From Novakomyces olei (taxonomy: Eukaryota): a DNA stretch of 64,000 nucleotides. Below, piece after piece: positions 39,698 to 51,324 of this stretch. The first letter of the stretch is position 1; every line of letters begins with the position of its first letter. Location of the stretch: positions 744,001 through 808,000 of the forward strand of contig JADEYG010000007.1 in the NCBI GenBank assembly GCA_016906335.1, given 5' to 3'. The position numbers and the translations under genes were made by a program. Below the pieces are notes generated by a model, which searched no databases, had not been told where the DNA came from, and saw only the letters and a program-made list of their open reading frames with translations.

Positions 39698-40945
39698 ATG
39701 CATCGATTTCTCTACACAGTTTGGTGCCTTGTATGCCTCTGGCAATGTACTCTTTGCTCATCTCTTTTACGAAGAGACTACTTTTCGAAGAGTGGACAGA
39801 AAATTCGCGGCATAAACCTTGGTGGATGGCTCATCGTTGAGCCACTCATAACACCATCATTGTTCGAGAACAACAACGCCGTCGATGAGTATACCCTGTC
39901 ACAGGGAATGTGCATTTGTCAAAGAGAAAAAGTTTTTAGAAATCATTACGAAACTTTTATTACGCAGCAAGATTTTGTCGACATCAAGGAGTATGGGTTC
40001 AACTTGGTGAGAATTCCTGTAGGCTACTGGGCCTTTTTTAGAAAGGACCGTGACCCATTTTCACCCGCTTCTCAAGAGTATTTGGATAAGGCAATTGATT
40101 GGTGCAGAGAATTAGGCCTAAAAGTCTGGATCGATCTTCACGGACTGCCCGGGTCACAAAATGGACTTGTAGGCTCTGGTCGTAGTGGTCGTACTCGTTG
40201 GAACAGAGAACCTTACGGGGAAACTAAAACAATTGTAAAGACAATTATGGAAAAGTACAGTCGAAACGAGTATGAAAATGTCGTTGTAGGCATTGAAATA
40301 ATGAATCAGCCAAGATTACACGTACTTGGCTCTGATAATGTAGACAATTTTAATCGACATTCATACGATGTTTTACAGTCTTACAAGCCAAAAAACATTA
40401 GTTTTGTTGTGCAGCAAGGCTTTGTGTCCTCGCACACCTTCAGGGCCGTGACTTTTCAGGCCCCTTTCATGAAAACTATACCGAATTCAGTGCTCGATAT
40501 CCACTCCTATGTCTGTTTTGAAGAAGAATTGATGGGGACACCGGTGGATCGAGTGGTTAAATTGATTCGCCTGAACGGATACACTTTCAAATCGTTCGAG
40601 GAATCGGGTGGCCAAATTGTTGTAGGTGAATTTTCGTCGGCATTGAATGACTGTGCTCTTCATCTATATGGTAAGAATGTTGGAAACATTTACAATGGCA
40701 CTTTACCTGGTATTAAGCATGGCTTCGGATCATGTGATGGTGAGAATGATCTTTCCCTGTATCCAGAGGAGAAGAAGAAGCAAATGCGTTTATTCACAGA
40801 GGCACAAATGGACGCGGCTGATATGGCTTCCGGTTGGATTTTTTGGACGTACAAGACAGAGAACGAGTCGACCTCAGGTCCATGGAATTTTAAGGCCCTA
40901 GCACGTGAAAAAATTTTCCCTTTGCCTTTTGATAATCGTCTTTGA
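39698..40945 (+). CDS. Secreted GH5 exo-beta-1,3-glucanase-like protein (Exg1 family) with acid/base Glu replaced by Gln
   Basis: Signal peptide and RR site, IRGINLGGWL, VRIPVGYW, IDLHGLPGSQNG, GIEIMNQP, VGEFS, GWIFWTYK. Confidence 0.9.
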   Translation: MHRFLYTVWCLVCLWQCTLCSSLLRRDYFSKSGQKIRGINLGGWLIVEPLITPSLFENNNAVDEYTLSQGMCICQREKVFRNHYETFITQQDFVDIKEYGFNLVRIPVGYWAFFRKDRDPFSPASQEYLDKAIDWCRELGLKVWIDLHGLPGSQNGLVGSGRSGRTRWNREPYGETKTIVKTIMEKYSRNEYENVVVGIEIMNQPRLHVLGSDNVDNFNRHSYDVLQSYKPKNISFVVQQGFVSSHTFRAVTFQAPFMKTIPNSVLDIHSYVCFEEELMGTPVDRVVKLIRLNGYTFKSFEESGGQIVVGEFSSALNDCALHLYGKNVGNIYNGTLPGIKHGFGSCDGENDLSLYPEEKKKQMRLFTEAQMDAADMASGWIFWTYKTENESTSGPWNFKALAREKIFPLPFDNRL

Positions 40946-41347
40946 GCCGAAGAATTGCACCGCAAAAAAGGCGCTCCAGATTTGCCCACTAGTGCTGAGG
41001 AAGCATGATGGGTTCAACGTTTACGATGCTTCCTCGTATCAATGGCCTTTGACCTTGGAAATAGCTATTATACAGCTTTGTAACTGACTCGATCTGCAAT
41101 TTCTATCTATACATCAGCGCAAAGTTTAATTTATTTATTGATTTGTTGATTTATTTTTTGTGGCCATCAATCATTATAGAATCGTAATTATCGACAATGC
41201 TATATATATAATTCGAGAGCATCGACCCAGACCCTTCTCATTCCCAAGAAAACCATACATCCTCCAAAACTATTCATATTTTGGAAAGAATGAACAATAG
41301 AGAAGCAATAGAAATGAATAAATAAAATGAAGGCAATAAAGTATAAA

Positions 41348-43330
41348 CTACGAAAGAAAATCCCGATGTAGGTTTACAAATGCCGCTTCACACACGCCAA
41401 GATCCCCCAGCTTGTTCATCATAACATTTGTTTGTTGTGCTAGCCGTTCCAGCTGTGAAACTGGGCTCTTGCCCTGCCATATTAAAATGGCTGAATTAAC
41501 GGATTCCGCTAAATTTTGACGTTCTGAAAAATTCAGCAGGTACCCAGCAGCACTATACTCTGGCTCAGCATATCCCAGGAGCCCAAATACTTCGGTTAAT
41601 GCTCCAGCGTACTCTTTGCCACCATATTCACGATTCAAAGTTTGTCCATAGAGCAAAGCCTCTTGTAAATATGTTGAATCGACACCCCTTGCTTGAACTT
41701 GACTGTCATTTTCCTCACTTGTATCCAGTTGCATACTGTCACCAGAACCGAGCCCAGGCCTTGCGTCTGAGGCAAAATTCATGCGTGATTTGATGCCTGC
41801 CTCTTTTCTGCTGCTATCTGTTGTTTGACGAACAAGCTCAATCAGCCTGTGTACCTTGAGACGGAAAATTACAGCCTCATTGACCTCGGAAAACCCCGGA
41901 TAAGCACTTGTAGTCAGTTGCATCGCACTGTCCATATCGCCAGCAATTATACATTTACGGATCTCGTGACGCATAACTGCATCAGCATCGTCTTGATCAT
42001 TTATGCTGCTGTCCATATCGACATCGTTGTCAGTGTTGCTTCCAGCTATAAATGCGCCTTTAGCCGAGTCGGATTCTGTCACCAATTCTGCCCTAAAAGC
42101 TTTCTCACTATCGATAAAGCCGTTGTGCGACATGTACGACTGAATCAGAGACCTAACTCGATTGTAGAGTACCTGTTGAGTGCGCAGGGAAGCTCTATTG
42201 CCACTGCCATTGGCAATCTCAGGGTTAGGCCTCAATATTCTTTGGTAGATCGTCTCTTTTTCCCGGCGAATATGGCCGTCGATATCGTATGCAAAAGGCT
42301 TTGAACCAAAATTTGCGAGAACATGCTCACCCAGTGTCTTCATTCCGACTGCCGGGTAAAGAGTGCCCGTAATATTAGTAAATGTATTACCCAGGAAGAT
42401 CCCGTTCTTAGTGAAAAACCCTGTCCCTGTTGAAAAGTCTACACCGCACCCAACGACATCGCCCGTAGTAAACTTGGGTCCATAGGGCTTTCCCTGGCCC
42501 TGGCAGCAAAAGGAATGGCCATCGTCTCCGTGATAACCCCAGGAATCAACTTCCCAGCCAGGCAGGCGATCAATGGAAACGTTCTTTGTACAAAATCCTA
42601 TTCCAATATGGCCCTTTGTTCCCTTTGAAACGATCTGAACTTCAAAGTAATAAATGCCACACTGCCAGGGCATTGGCTTGTCTGCACGGGCACAGCCGGC
42701 ATCTCTTTCCAGGCCCTCATTGGACCCGATAAACCGGACTTCCAGTCCACTGCCAATCACCTCCATCAATTCACATTTGTCTTTTGCGTGCCAGCGAGAG
42801 GGAAGGGCTAATGACGATTTCTTGTCCCGTAAAGTGTCTAATTTTGTTGCACTTGAAGGCGCTTTACTCACAGCTTTAGACTGGTTCGCAGCCTCGTTTG
42901 CCTGACTGAACAAAAGCCGTTGTGTGTAGCAAGTTTCCCGTAAATAAGAAGGAATTACTAGTCCATCAACAGCAGTCGGACTCTCGCCATCCCAATATGC
43001 TTGGCGATGCTGGTGCTGGCGATGGGATCGGGACTGCTGATCGCTCAAGGTCTGTTGTGGCTGTGGTTCATACTGCGAACGTCTCCCACGTTGCAAAGAG
43101 CCATTTTGTCCTTCACCCTCCATTTGCTGTGCCCCTTGCTCCTCCTCCTCTTCGTCTCCCGCTTGATTTAGCCCTCGTCCAGCAATATTTCTTGGTTCTC
43201 CAGTACCAGCTACGTCTTCCTCCTCCGATTCGCTGTCGCTGCAAACTACTTCGTGACGTGAGAACCTCATCCTTGTTCCGTTACGTGATCTGCCACCAAG
43301 AAAGGAAGCTAAAGATGAGGTTTCTCGCAT
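41348..43330 (-). CDS. RanBP9/10-like GID/CTLH complex subunit (SPRY-LisH-CTLH-CRA)
   Basis: YYFEV, RLPGWE..SWGYHGDDG, GDVVGCG, NFGSKPF, LisH YMSHNGF, CRA FGLLGY..AESVNSAIL. Confidence 0.9.
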   Translation of the reverse strand: MRETSSLASFLGGRSRNGTRMRFSRHEVVCSDSESEEEDVAGTGEPRNIAGRGLNQAGDEEEEEQGAQQMEGEGQNGSLQRGRRSQYEPQPQQTLSDQQSRSHRQHQHRQAYWDGESPTAVDGLVIPSYLRETCYTQRLLFSQANEAANQSKAVSKAPSSATKLDTLRDKKSSLALPSRWHAKDKCELMEVIGSGLEVRFIGSNEGLERDAGCARADKPMPWQCGIYYFEVQIVSKGTKGHIGIGFCTKNVSIDRLPGWEVDSWGYHGDDGHSFCCQGQGKPYGPKFTTGDVVGCGVDFSTGTGFFTKNGIFLGNTFTNITGTLYPAVGMKTLGEHVLANFGSKPFAYDIDGHIRREKETIYQRILRPNPEIANGSGNRASLRTQQVLYNRVRSLIQSYMSHNGFIDSEKAFRAELVTESDSAKGAFIAGSNTDNDVDMDSSINDQDDADAVMRHEIRKCIIAGDMDSAMQLTTSAYPGFSEVNEAVIFRLKVHRLIELVRQTTDSSRKEAGIKSRMNFASDARPGLGSGDSMQLDTSEENDSQVQARGVDSTYLQEALLYGQTLNREYGGKEYAGALTEVFGLLGYAEPEYSAAGYLLNFSERQNLAESVNSAILIWQGKSPVSQLERLAQQTNVMMNKLGDLGVCEAAFVNLHRDFLS

Positions 43331-43965
43331 ACCGGGCCACTGCCTGAGATCGATGTAATGTGCTAATCTACGGAATCAAGCCGGCACAAGATCTTTCTCC
43401 AAATGCAAATAACCCAATAGGATTACAGCTTTCGGCGAGGCGGGAACGTTTATCTCTGGAAAGAAAAAATGAAAAGAAAATGTTGTGAGAAATGTAAAGA
43501 TAGGCGGTAAATAAGCCTAGACTGTGGCAGCCAGAAAGCTGTAAGCGCTACTGCACCTGAGCCTTTGTGGGATAGCTAAAGGCAATCAGGCTTGATTATG
43601 CCGAGTTTCCGTACAAGCGAATCAGCCTTCCACAGTTTGTAAGCAGACGAGGTAGAATCTCCTGATAGACGCTCGGCAACTGAGCTTGATTTGATCACCG
43701 GTTGCAAAGCTGCAAAAGAGACCTGGAAAAAGTGCGTTTGTGAAGCTGGCAATATCGTGGATCAAACAGAGCTGCCGTTCAGTAATCGGAAACGTAATGA
43801 GCACGACAAAAGGCCGCTGTTTGCGCTGTTAGAGCGGGAAAAGACAAATCGTCAGATACACTAGCAGCGGCCAAAAGTATGATGTATGCAGACCTGAGAA
43901 CTGATCTTTAATATCCGTCTTTGTGGGAGTATTGAATTCGTCCTCCGAGTCCTATTAATGACCAC

Positions 43966-43977
43966 CGGATTCGAACC
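43966..43977 (-). promoter_or_regulatory. Isolated Pol III B-box-like motif GGTTCGAATCC
   Basis: Consensus B box on the minus strand with no surrounding tRNA cloverleaf; a second GGTTCGAATC is at about 44488-44497 in the BPL1 intron. Confidence 0.4.
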
Positions 43978-44435
43978 GTCGACACGGTGAACACAATATA
44001 TTCAATAAATATATATATGTCCAATACAATATATTTTCAAAAAATATAAAGCCAATATTCAATGCGAGTCCATTAATATACTCGTGCATGCAGAAGATCT
44101 TCTGGAAAAATACGGCCTCTTTTTCATGTATGAATATGTATCTGATTAGCAATCACGTACGACCAATCCATATGGCAGAATAATTAATAAAATATAAACT
44201 AAGGCTCCACCACGTTGAATATCTATAATACATTAAAGCACGCCTCTACCAAACTATGGCACTTGTACTATCAGTTCTTATCGATATTCATCGTACTATT
44301 TGGCTCGTATGTACTAAGCCTTATCGTACATAGAGAATTGGCCATTGGTTTTGAATAGCGAAAATCTAGCAATTTACGCTCACGAGCCCGACACTGGCAT
44401 CAACGTCGAGGGCAATGCTGGCGTAGCCGTGCAGC

Positions 44436-46651
44436 ATGAACGTTCTGGTCTATAGTGGTATGAAAGATACAAGAAAGAGACTTATCAGGTTCGAATCGGC
44501 ACCGATTAAAACGGCCAATTGAAAAAAGACAGCAAATAAGAGCTGTAAACTTACACTAAACTTAATCAAAATCGAATCCAAGAGCTAACATCTCCAGGGA
44601 ATGGCACTTCCGCCAGCGCAGTTGCGCGCGCAATGGAAATGGCCAGTGAGATATTCACACCTCACTATCTGGTTCGTAAGGCAACGGCTGATTTGCTACG
44701 TGATGAGCCCTGGCCACTCGACACAAGAGTGCTTATAATCCCGGGTGGCCGAGATATGCCTTACTGTGAGGATTTGAACGGCCCTATAAACAATCGTATA
44801 CGTCGGTTTGTTCGCAACGGTGGTGTCTACGTGGGCTTTTGTGCCGGTGGGTACTTTGGTAGTGCGCAATGTATATTTGAACCTGATCAAAGTAAGCATA
44901 CAATCATCGGAGACCGGGAGCTCGCTTTTTACCCTGGCGCTTGCCACGGTGCTGCTTTTACCGGTTTCGTATACGATTCCGAGGCAGGAGCACGTTGTGT
45001 TGATATGCTTCTGGGTAACGGTGAGAGTATTACTGCTTATTGGAACGGAGGCGGTGTCTTTGAGGGAATAGAGGGGAGCTCTGGTGAATCGTCTCAAATC
45101 AAGGTACTGGCCTACTATGGAGACAAGGAACCGGTCAAACCCAATTTAAGACCTTCATTACCAGATCGGCCGGCGGCCATTGTGCGCTGCAAAGTAGGCC
45201 AGGGCTACGCCTTGCTTACAGGTCCACACCCAGAGTACATTGGAGTACGAATGTCCCCAGAGCATTTGGATAATCGCGTGCTAAGGGCAATTGCTCATGA
45301 CGATGCCAGGCGACTAGAGTTCATGAGGGAGTGTATGGCTGATATGGGTTTACGCACAGGCGAAAGAGGGACAATTGATCAAAAGCTGACGGGGTTGCGT
45401 ATGGCTTCAGTGCCGTCAGCCATTGCTGAATCCATTTATTCTGAAATGTTAGAAGAAGGTCGAGTAAAAGGAGCAAGTGGGCAATGCTATTTTCGAGGCC
45501 CAAGTGACGTTTTCAAGATCGAGCTAAATAATGGAGAAAAATGTGACAAGTCCTTGTCAGACTCGATAGACGGGATAACGCAATTGTCACTGTCAGAGGA
45601 CTCGAATGATTCTGAGGATGATGTGCATGATTCAATAACTATCAGCAGAGTAGACTCTTCTCGGCCTGTCGACGGGTTCCGAATGGACGAGTACTTTTCT
45701 ACATTCAAAGAGCAGACACCGTCCAACGAGACTCGGGGAAAGGGCCAACAACAAATAGGGCAAGTCATAGTTCACGGCAATGTTGTGACTTCAACGCAAA
45801 ACCTTTTGGATCGTAATCAACACTTTTCAAAGGTCCTACCTCACGGAACTGTCGTAGTTGGAAGGCAGCAAACTGCCGGGCGAGGGCGCGGAAATAATGT
45901 ATGGTTATCGCCGCCAGGACTGTTAGCCTTCTCCGTCCTACTGAAACATGATCCAAATTTTTTTGCAACAGCGCCCGGTCATGCTATTGTATTCCTTCAG
46001 TACATCGCTTCCCTAGTAGTTGTGGAAACAATAACAAGTTACGCTCCTGGTTACGAAACCTTGAACGTCCGTATCAAATGGCCCAACGATGTTTATGCCA
46101 GTCCTCAGACTGACGGGCCAGGCAAAGCCCCTGAAAGAGCTGGAGCAAGCTTCAAGTTTCAAGGCCGTGAATATTATAAAATGTCTGGAGTCCTATTGAC
46201 CTGTCATTCGAGTAGTGATGGAACATCTATCGTTATTGGCATTGGCATTAACATGCTGAACGCTGCGCCATCGGCTTCAGTTCAAGATCTCGTTACACGA
46301 GCAAACGCAGCTCGAAAGGCGGCAGGTAAGCCGCTCTTGCCGGGAATTGAACTCGAGACTTTTTTGGCAAAAGTCCTAGTGAGACTGGATCATTCATACA
46401 ACAGGTTTTTACGGCAAGGCTTTGCTCCTTTCAAGGATGAATACTACCGGCGGTGGCTGCACAGTGGCCAGCGTGTTAATCTACTGGATAATGGCGGTGT
46501 TGATGTCGTTATTGAGGGTATTGATGAGGCAAACGGGCTATTGCTTGCACGTCAAGTGTCTGATAATCCGCGAACAAATGGCCGCATTCACACTTTACAG
46601 TCGGACGGCAATTCTTTCGACATGATGAAGGGTTTGATACGGCTAAAGTAG
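44436..46651 (+). CDS. BPL1: Biotin-protein ligase; intron 44458-44597
   Basis: MNVLVYSG|NGTS, PGGRD..GFCAGGYFG (BPL_N), STQ, QTAGRGRGNNVW, IKWPND, DGNSFDMMKGL. Confidence 0.95.
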
Positions 46652-46911
46652 GTGTTTTTAGACATGTAGATTGTTCAAAGGACTGCAGGTTACGTTCAAT
46701 TAATATTTTATTGAAATATTTTTATTAGAATTGAAGAATAAATACATTGTAGATCATTATTCGTTATCTAGCGACAGCTCAATGTCTACTTATCGCATGA
46801 CATAAAATAGAATTAAATAGTAAAGGACAAGAATTGTAAGACAGCCTAAAACTATTAATAAATAAAAACTGCAGTACGTCATATGTTGTTTAGATGCCAC
46901 GATAGTTTCGT

Positions 46912-47224
46912 ATGGACGTTACTGCAGCAGAAGACTTGCGAGGAGCCTTCGTTGTGGTGCGACTCAAAAACAAAACTGCGTCTGTCGATGGTTACTTGTA
47001 CAATATTGACTCATTGTCTGGCACTACAATACTGCTGGCTCCCGAACCGGATGCGGGCAAATACAGATTGCAAATAATAATGGCCGACTCGCTATGGCAA
47101 ATCAGACGTAAGCTCAGGTTTTAAAGGAACCAATTCTAACCTTGTAGCTTTGGATGTTCCGCACCTTGAAGTGGCAGAAATGTCGCGAATTTTGGCTCTT
47201 AATTTTGGGATAGAAGAAACGTGA
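46912..47224 (+). CDS. Small Sm-fold protein, Gemin6-like; intron 47108-47147
   Basis: VVVRL..VDGYLYNIDSLSGTTILL..LQIIMADSLWQI fits the Sm1/Sm2 pattern of Gemin6; canonical GTAAGC..CTAAC..TAG intron. Confidence 0.55.
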
Positions 47225-47940
47225 CATACAGTGAGTGCTTCCACCTGAGTATACATTAAGGCTGCGGGACAGTTCAGCAAACGTTATTATTAAAGATGTC
47301 CCTAATGCCCTTTTATTCGAATCAGTTGCATTGAGTTTGCTAGTACCGAATTGTAATGCAGCACTTTTCTAAAGACCTTTGGATTGGTCGCATACGGGTT
47401 CGCATACGGGTTTAGATTTTGTAAGCAATTATCGCCTTTGGAACAACGCAACTTTGATGGATAATTGAAGTTGTTTTCGTGTGGCATATTGAACTGCGAA
47501 TCGCCGTTGTCTTTGGGATACTTATTGACTTGTACAAGGTCATGAGTCTCAGCTTCAACGTGTTTCAGCTTTTGCAGATACCATATATTATTAGCGCTAT
47601 TTAGTTTACGCGTTAATGATGCAATTGTGGCTACGGCTTGGCTGATTTTATGTACTATTAGACTCAAAGATCTAATTGCGCTCACAGCATTGTTGGGCTC
47701 AGGAGATCATTTAAGAAACTCTAGATTTGCTTATTGTCTGCCCGTCCTTCTTTCATATTGCTTATATTGCTATAATAATCATAATAATAATAAAATTATT
47801 ATTATCAAACCCTACATTTGTAATATTGTAAGGTTCCGTAGGGTAATTCTCTCTGTTGTCCGCTGCAAGGAATCAAGTTATAATGCGAATGCGGGCATTT
47901 CAAATCTAAATCCCTTTCCTCACCCAATAAATCATTGAAA

Positions 47941-49046
47941 ATGCCGGCAGACGGCTCCGACCGTAGGCTTACAGTAGTCTTGCGTATCGCAGGATCACGT
48001 TTAAGGCCATTTGCAGAGTCGTTTTCTTCTACGGGCGGTGCGGGAGTAACGCCCTCTTCTCCGCTCACCGAATACGATTTAGATTCGTCTCGGGCTAATG
48101 ATGACGCTTTGTCGGACACAAGCGGCGTTCTTGCGCAGGCTCCATCCGATGGCGGCAGTCTTGCTGCCAACTTGAAAAGATCAGCGAATAAACAGAAAAA
48201 GACGCGTCTCCCTCATGGAATGGGGCCCAAAGCTATCCGCAAACGATTACGAGATGAGCGTGACAGAGAGGCACGTGAAGCTTTTGCTCGAGGCGATATG
48301 TAAGGATTTAGTAGTGTTTATCTAGGCCTTTGGGGTTCTATTGGTTTTCAGAAGCTTTTGAAGAATTTAAACATTAATTATTTTGTTTTAATTTTGTTTT
48401 ATTTTATTTTATTTTATTTATTATTATTATCATTGTCATTGTCATTATCATTATCATTTTTATTTATTTTTTTTTTTTTTAGTTCCTTTCATTTCGCTTT
48501 CTTCTTTAAGGTCAATTCAGTTTGTTTGGCAAAGCTAATGACAGTACCGAGGAGGAAATGGAGAATATTATTCGCAAGCCCTTGCGGCCTGGAAGCACAA
48601 AGTTTGCAGAGCAAAATCCGCACGCGGCCACGGCTTTTCTGTTCGGGTTACAGACTCCTAGTAAGACGGAAAAGGAGAGTCACCGACATAGTCATTCTAC
48701 AGGAGGCACGCCAGTACCGAGTGTTCCAGCTGCGACAAAAAGCAGCAGCAGCCAGTCACGTAAAAAATTCACTGGTGACTCTGATGCCTCCATAGTTTTG
48801 GCCTCAGGTGCGTCTGCGACTTATGTCGGTCCTCCAGTAGCAAAACTGGTAGCGGAGTACAAGACAGCTATGGCAAATATGTGGATACCTCAGGCTACAG
48901 GAAGCAATGCTTCTGCAGGCGGAGCAATACGAGCCAATTTAGATCGATCTGGGAAAAAGTGTAGGTCCTGGCGGTTGAAACGATTAGAAATTCCGAATGT
49001 GACTGGCTCAAAGTGGCAGCTTCCGGCGTGGGAGGCAGGTCGATGA
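47941..49046 (+). CDS. INO80 complex subunit Ies4-like; one intron starting at 48300
   Basis: N-terminal TVVLRI..LRPF and C-terminal LDRSGKKCRSW..IPNVTG..WQLPAW, typical of fungal Ies4/DUF1711. Confidence 0.7.
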
Positions 49047-49419
49047 TGTGACAAGTTTTATTTTCCAAAAAGGACGATAGCGTTCCTCTAAAATTAAAGG
49101 TGGGATTTGAGGGAATTGAAAAGGGTCATGAATAGAGACTGTCATCATGTTTTTGAATCAATCCCAAACTCTAAAGCATTGTAGCTATTCACTCGATCGG
49201 AAACAAGCATGATTCATCATTAATGGCGGCCACTACAAGCACCAGGGTAAAATAATCTACGTCACAAGTCGCCTTTTAAAGAAACGAAAACGAAATTATA
49301 TATGTTTATTCAGTGGGACCAGACTGTGCGGAGACGAAAAGGGTATGAAAGCAAATCAACGGCAGCGACTGGTCAGATTTATACACAGGCCGCGCGTTAG
49401 TTATATATATAATTCGAAT

Positions 49420-50238
49420 CTATTCGTCGGCCTCACGATAACGCCGCATCAGAAGCCGCTTGTACTCTGCCGGGTTTGAAGACCAGAGATCAGCAGCCTG
49501 AGCGTTGAGAGGGCTGTTGTTATTTGGTTCGCCAAGAAGGCTCTGCAGTGAAAGCAGAATAGTCTGCACGTTATACACAGCGGACCATTTTTCCTTGAGA
49601 ATATCGAGGCAGATGTTTCCGGCCATATCGACATTCGGGTGCCACATTGGAGATGTGAACGTGATGGTGGGTGCCGTATAAGGGTATGATGAAGGGAAAT
49701 TGATTGCAATTTTGAACACGAGTCCCTCATAGTACTAAAAGTTAGATTTAATCAACAGGGAAATAACCACGGCACTGCCCTGCAGAGAAGGAAAGAGTGG
49801 AACTAAATGAGTAGAGAATAAAGTTAAATTTATAAAATACTGTAGCAGAAAAATTTGCTAAAATCTGGTACAAAAATTAGGAAGATTATAAAAAAGCAAG
49901 TAGAAGGGTGCGCAAGACAGGCCTGATAGACGTAAATGTACTCTTATGCAAAAGCATAAAACTGCAAAGTTCGGTATCAAAACATACAGTGCCAGAAGGG
50001 CCTTCAATAGTACCAGCCCAGGACAAAAGGTTCCCATCGGCAGACGGAAAAGCAGAGACTCCCGGGACAGCGGACATCTGTATTCAATTAGAAATGCTCT
50101 AGACTTGCTTCCCCGTACCATGAGAGACATGAGCTCTGACTGCAACCGCTTTGTGACATTATGGCCGCTGGGCACAGCAGTCTGTTCGGACTGTAGCTTA
50201 TGATGAGACCGAGTAGGCAAATTCGTAGAGGCCTCCAT
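49420..50238 (-). CDS. UBC11: Ubiquitin-conjugating enzyme E2-C, 3 exons
   Basis: [46 protein letters not shown]. Confidence 0.92.
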
Positions 50239-50306
50239 TCTCGTTTAGATCTGGATACTGGCTCGTATATGCACGTTTATTGTCGTATGGCTAATGGAGC
50301 GGCGGT

Positions 50307-50358
50307 TTGTTTAGTTTATAAACAACTTATTTGAAACCCGTTGCCCGCGTGACGCGGG
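50307..50358. promoter_or_regulatory. Inverted forkhead-type sites (TTGTTTA..TAAACAA) and palindrome CCCGCGTGACGCGGG in the UBC11 promoter
   Basis: Directly visible 70-120 bp upstream of the ATG. Confidence 0.45.
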
Positions 50359-51324
50359 TATGCGTTTTTGGCCAAGTAATATTTGGGCAGATATTGTAAT
50401 TGAATAGCTGCCCCAAGTAACTTGTCTGGCGGGCGGTTAAAAATTTATTGTTATTCTTATTATTATATTATATTATTATATTCTTATTATTATTATAAAT
50501 GCACAATAAATGTACACTGTTGCGTTATTGAGTGTTTTATTAAAAGTTGTTCGTTATACACACACGGTATCTGCTCTCGGTGCCCTTGTTTTTCAGGTAT
50601 ACAGCTCATACTGAGCAAAAATTGGGCTATAACTTTTACTTTTCTCGTACCCAGGTACGTTCTTCAGCTGCTGTTTAGAGTGCTTACTTTATGTGTCATC
50701 GTATAAGCATAGAATTCTGTCTGCAAATGAGGGCGATTCTAATGCAGATTCTTGTGCAATTATGTACACCTTTGTGTAGAACAGTGATACTTGCAATACA
50801 CCTGTAATCATACATTGTCATCTTTTGATTACTTTATTCCTTCGTTATTAATTTATTCCTTCCTTACTCTAATCCTATTCTTTTATTCCTATTCGTTAAT
50901 CCCTCTTCCACCATTACTTGTAGATTCAGTTCAGGAACCAGAGAAAATCTCTACCGACCACAAATCCGATAGTTCCGAAAACGGTAATCCGCTTATTAAA
51001 TACTCGGCAGTCCGACCCAGTTGAGCGCCACATTTTGTGTGTAGTGCAAACGACTTTTAGGACCGGAATAGAGTGTTTTGGCGGGAAGGCCAAAGTTACG
51101 AATATACAAACCGCTCTGCAGTATTCGCTGCAGCAATAGTGGACGCCTTTGAGCTCTGTAAATATATTTTCGTTAATAAAACCTATTTTTAAATAATTTT
51201 TCCTGTATTCTGTAAGGGCGCCATCGATCCATTTTCCACTCTGCTCTATTATTATTATGTGTAGCGAGCGCGCGTATATATTAATTCTTTGCCGATAGCG
51301 ACGGCGTTGGAGGAAGAGTCCGTT

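Noticed and set aside
43955-44040. tRNA gene
   Set aside because: Only a T-loop/B-box is present; I could not build an acceptor stem, D arm or A box.
51257-51298. uORF upstream of wc-2
   Set aside because: It spans a TATA-like TATATA, so its ATG is probably upstream of the transcription start.
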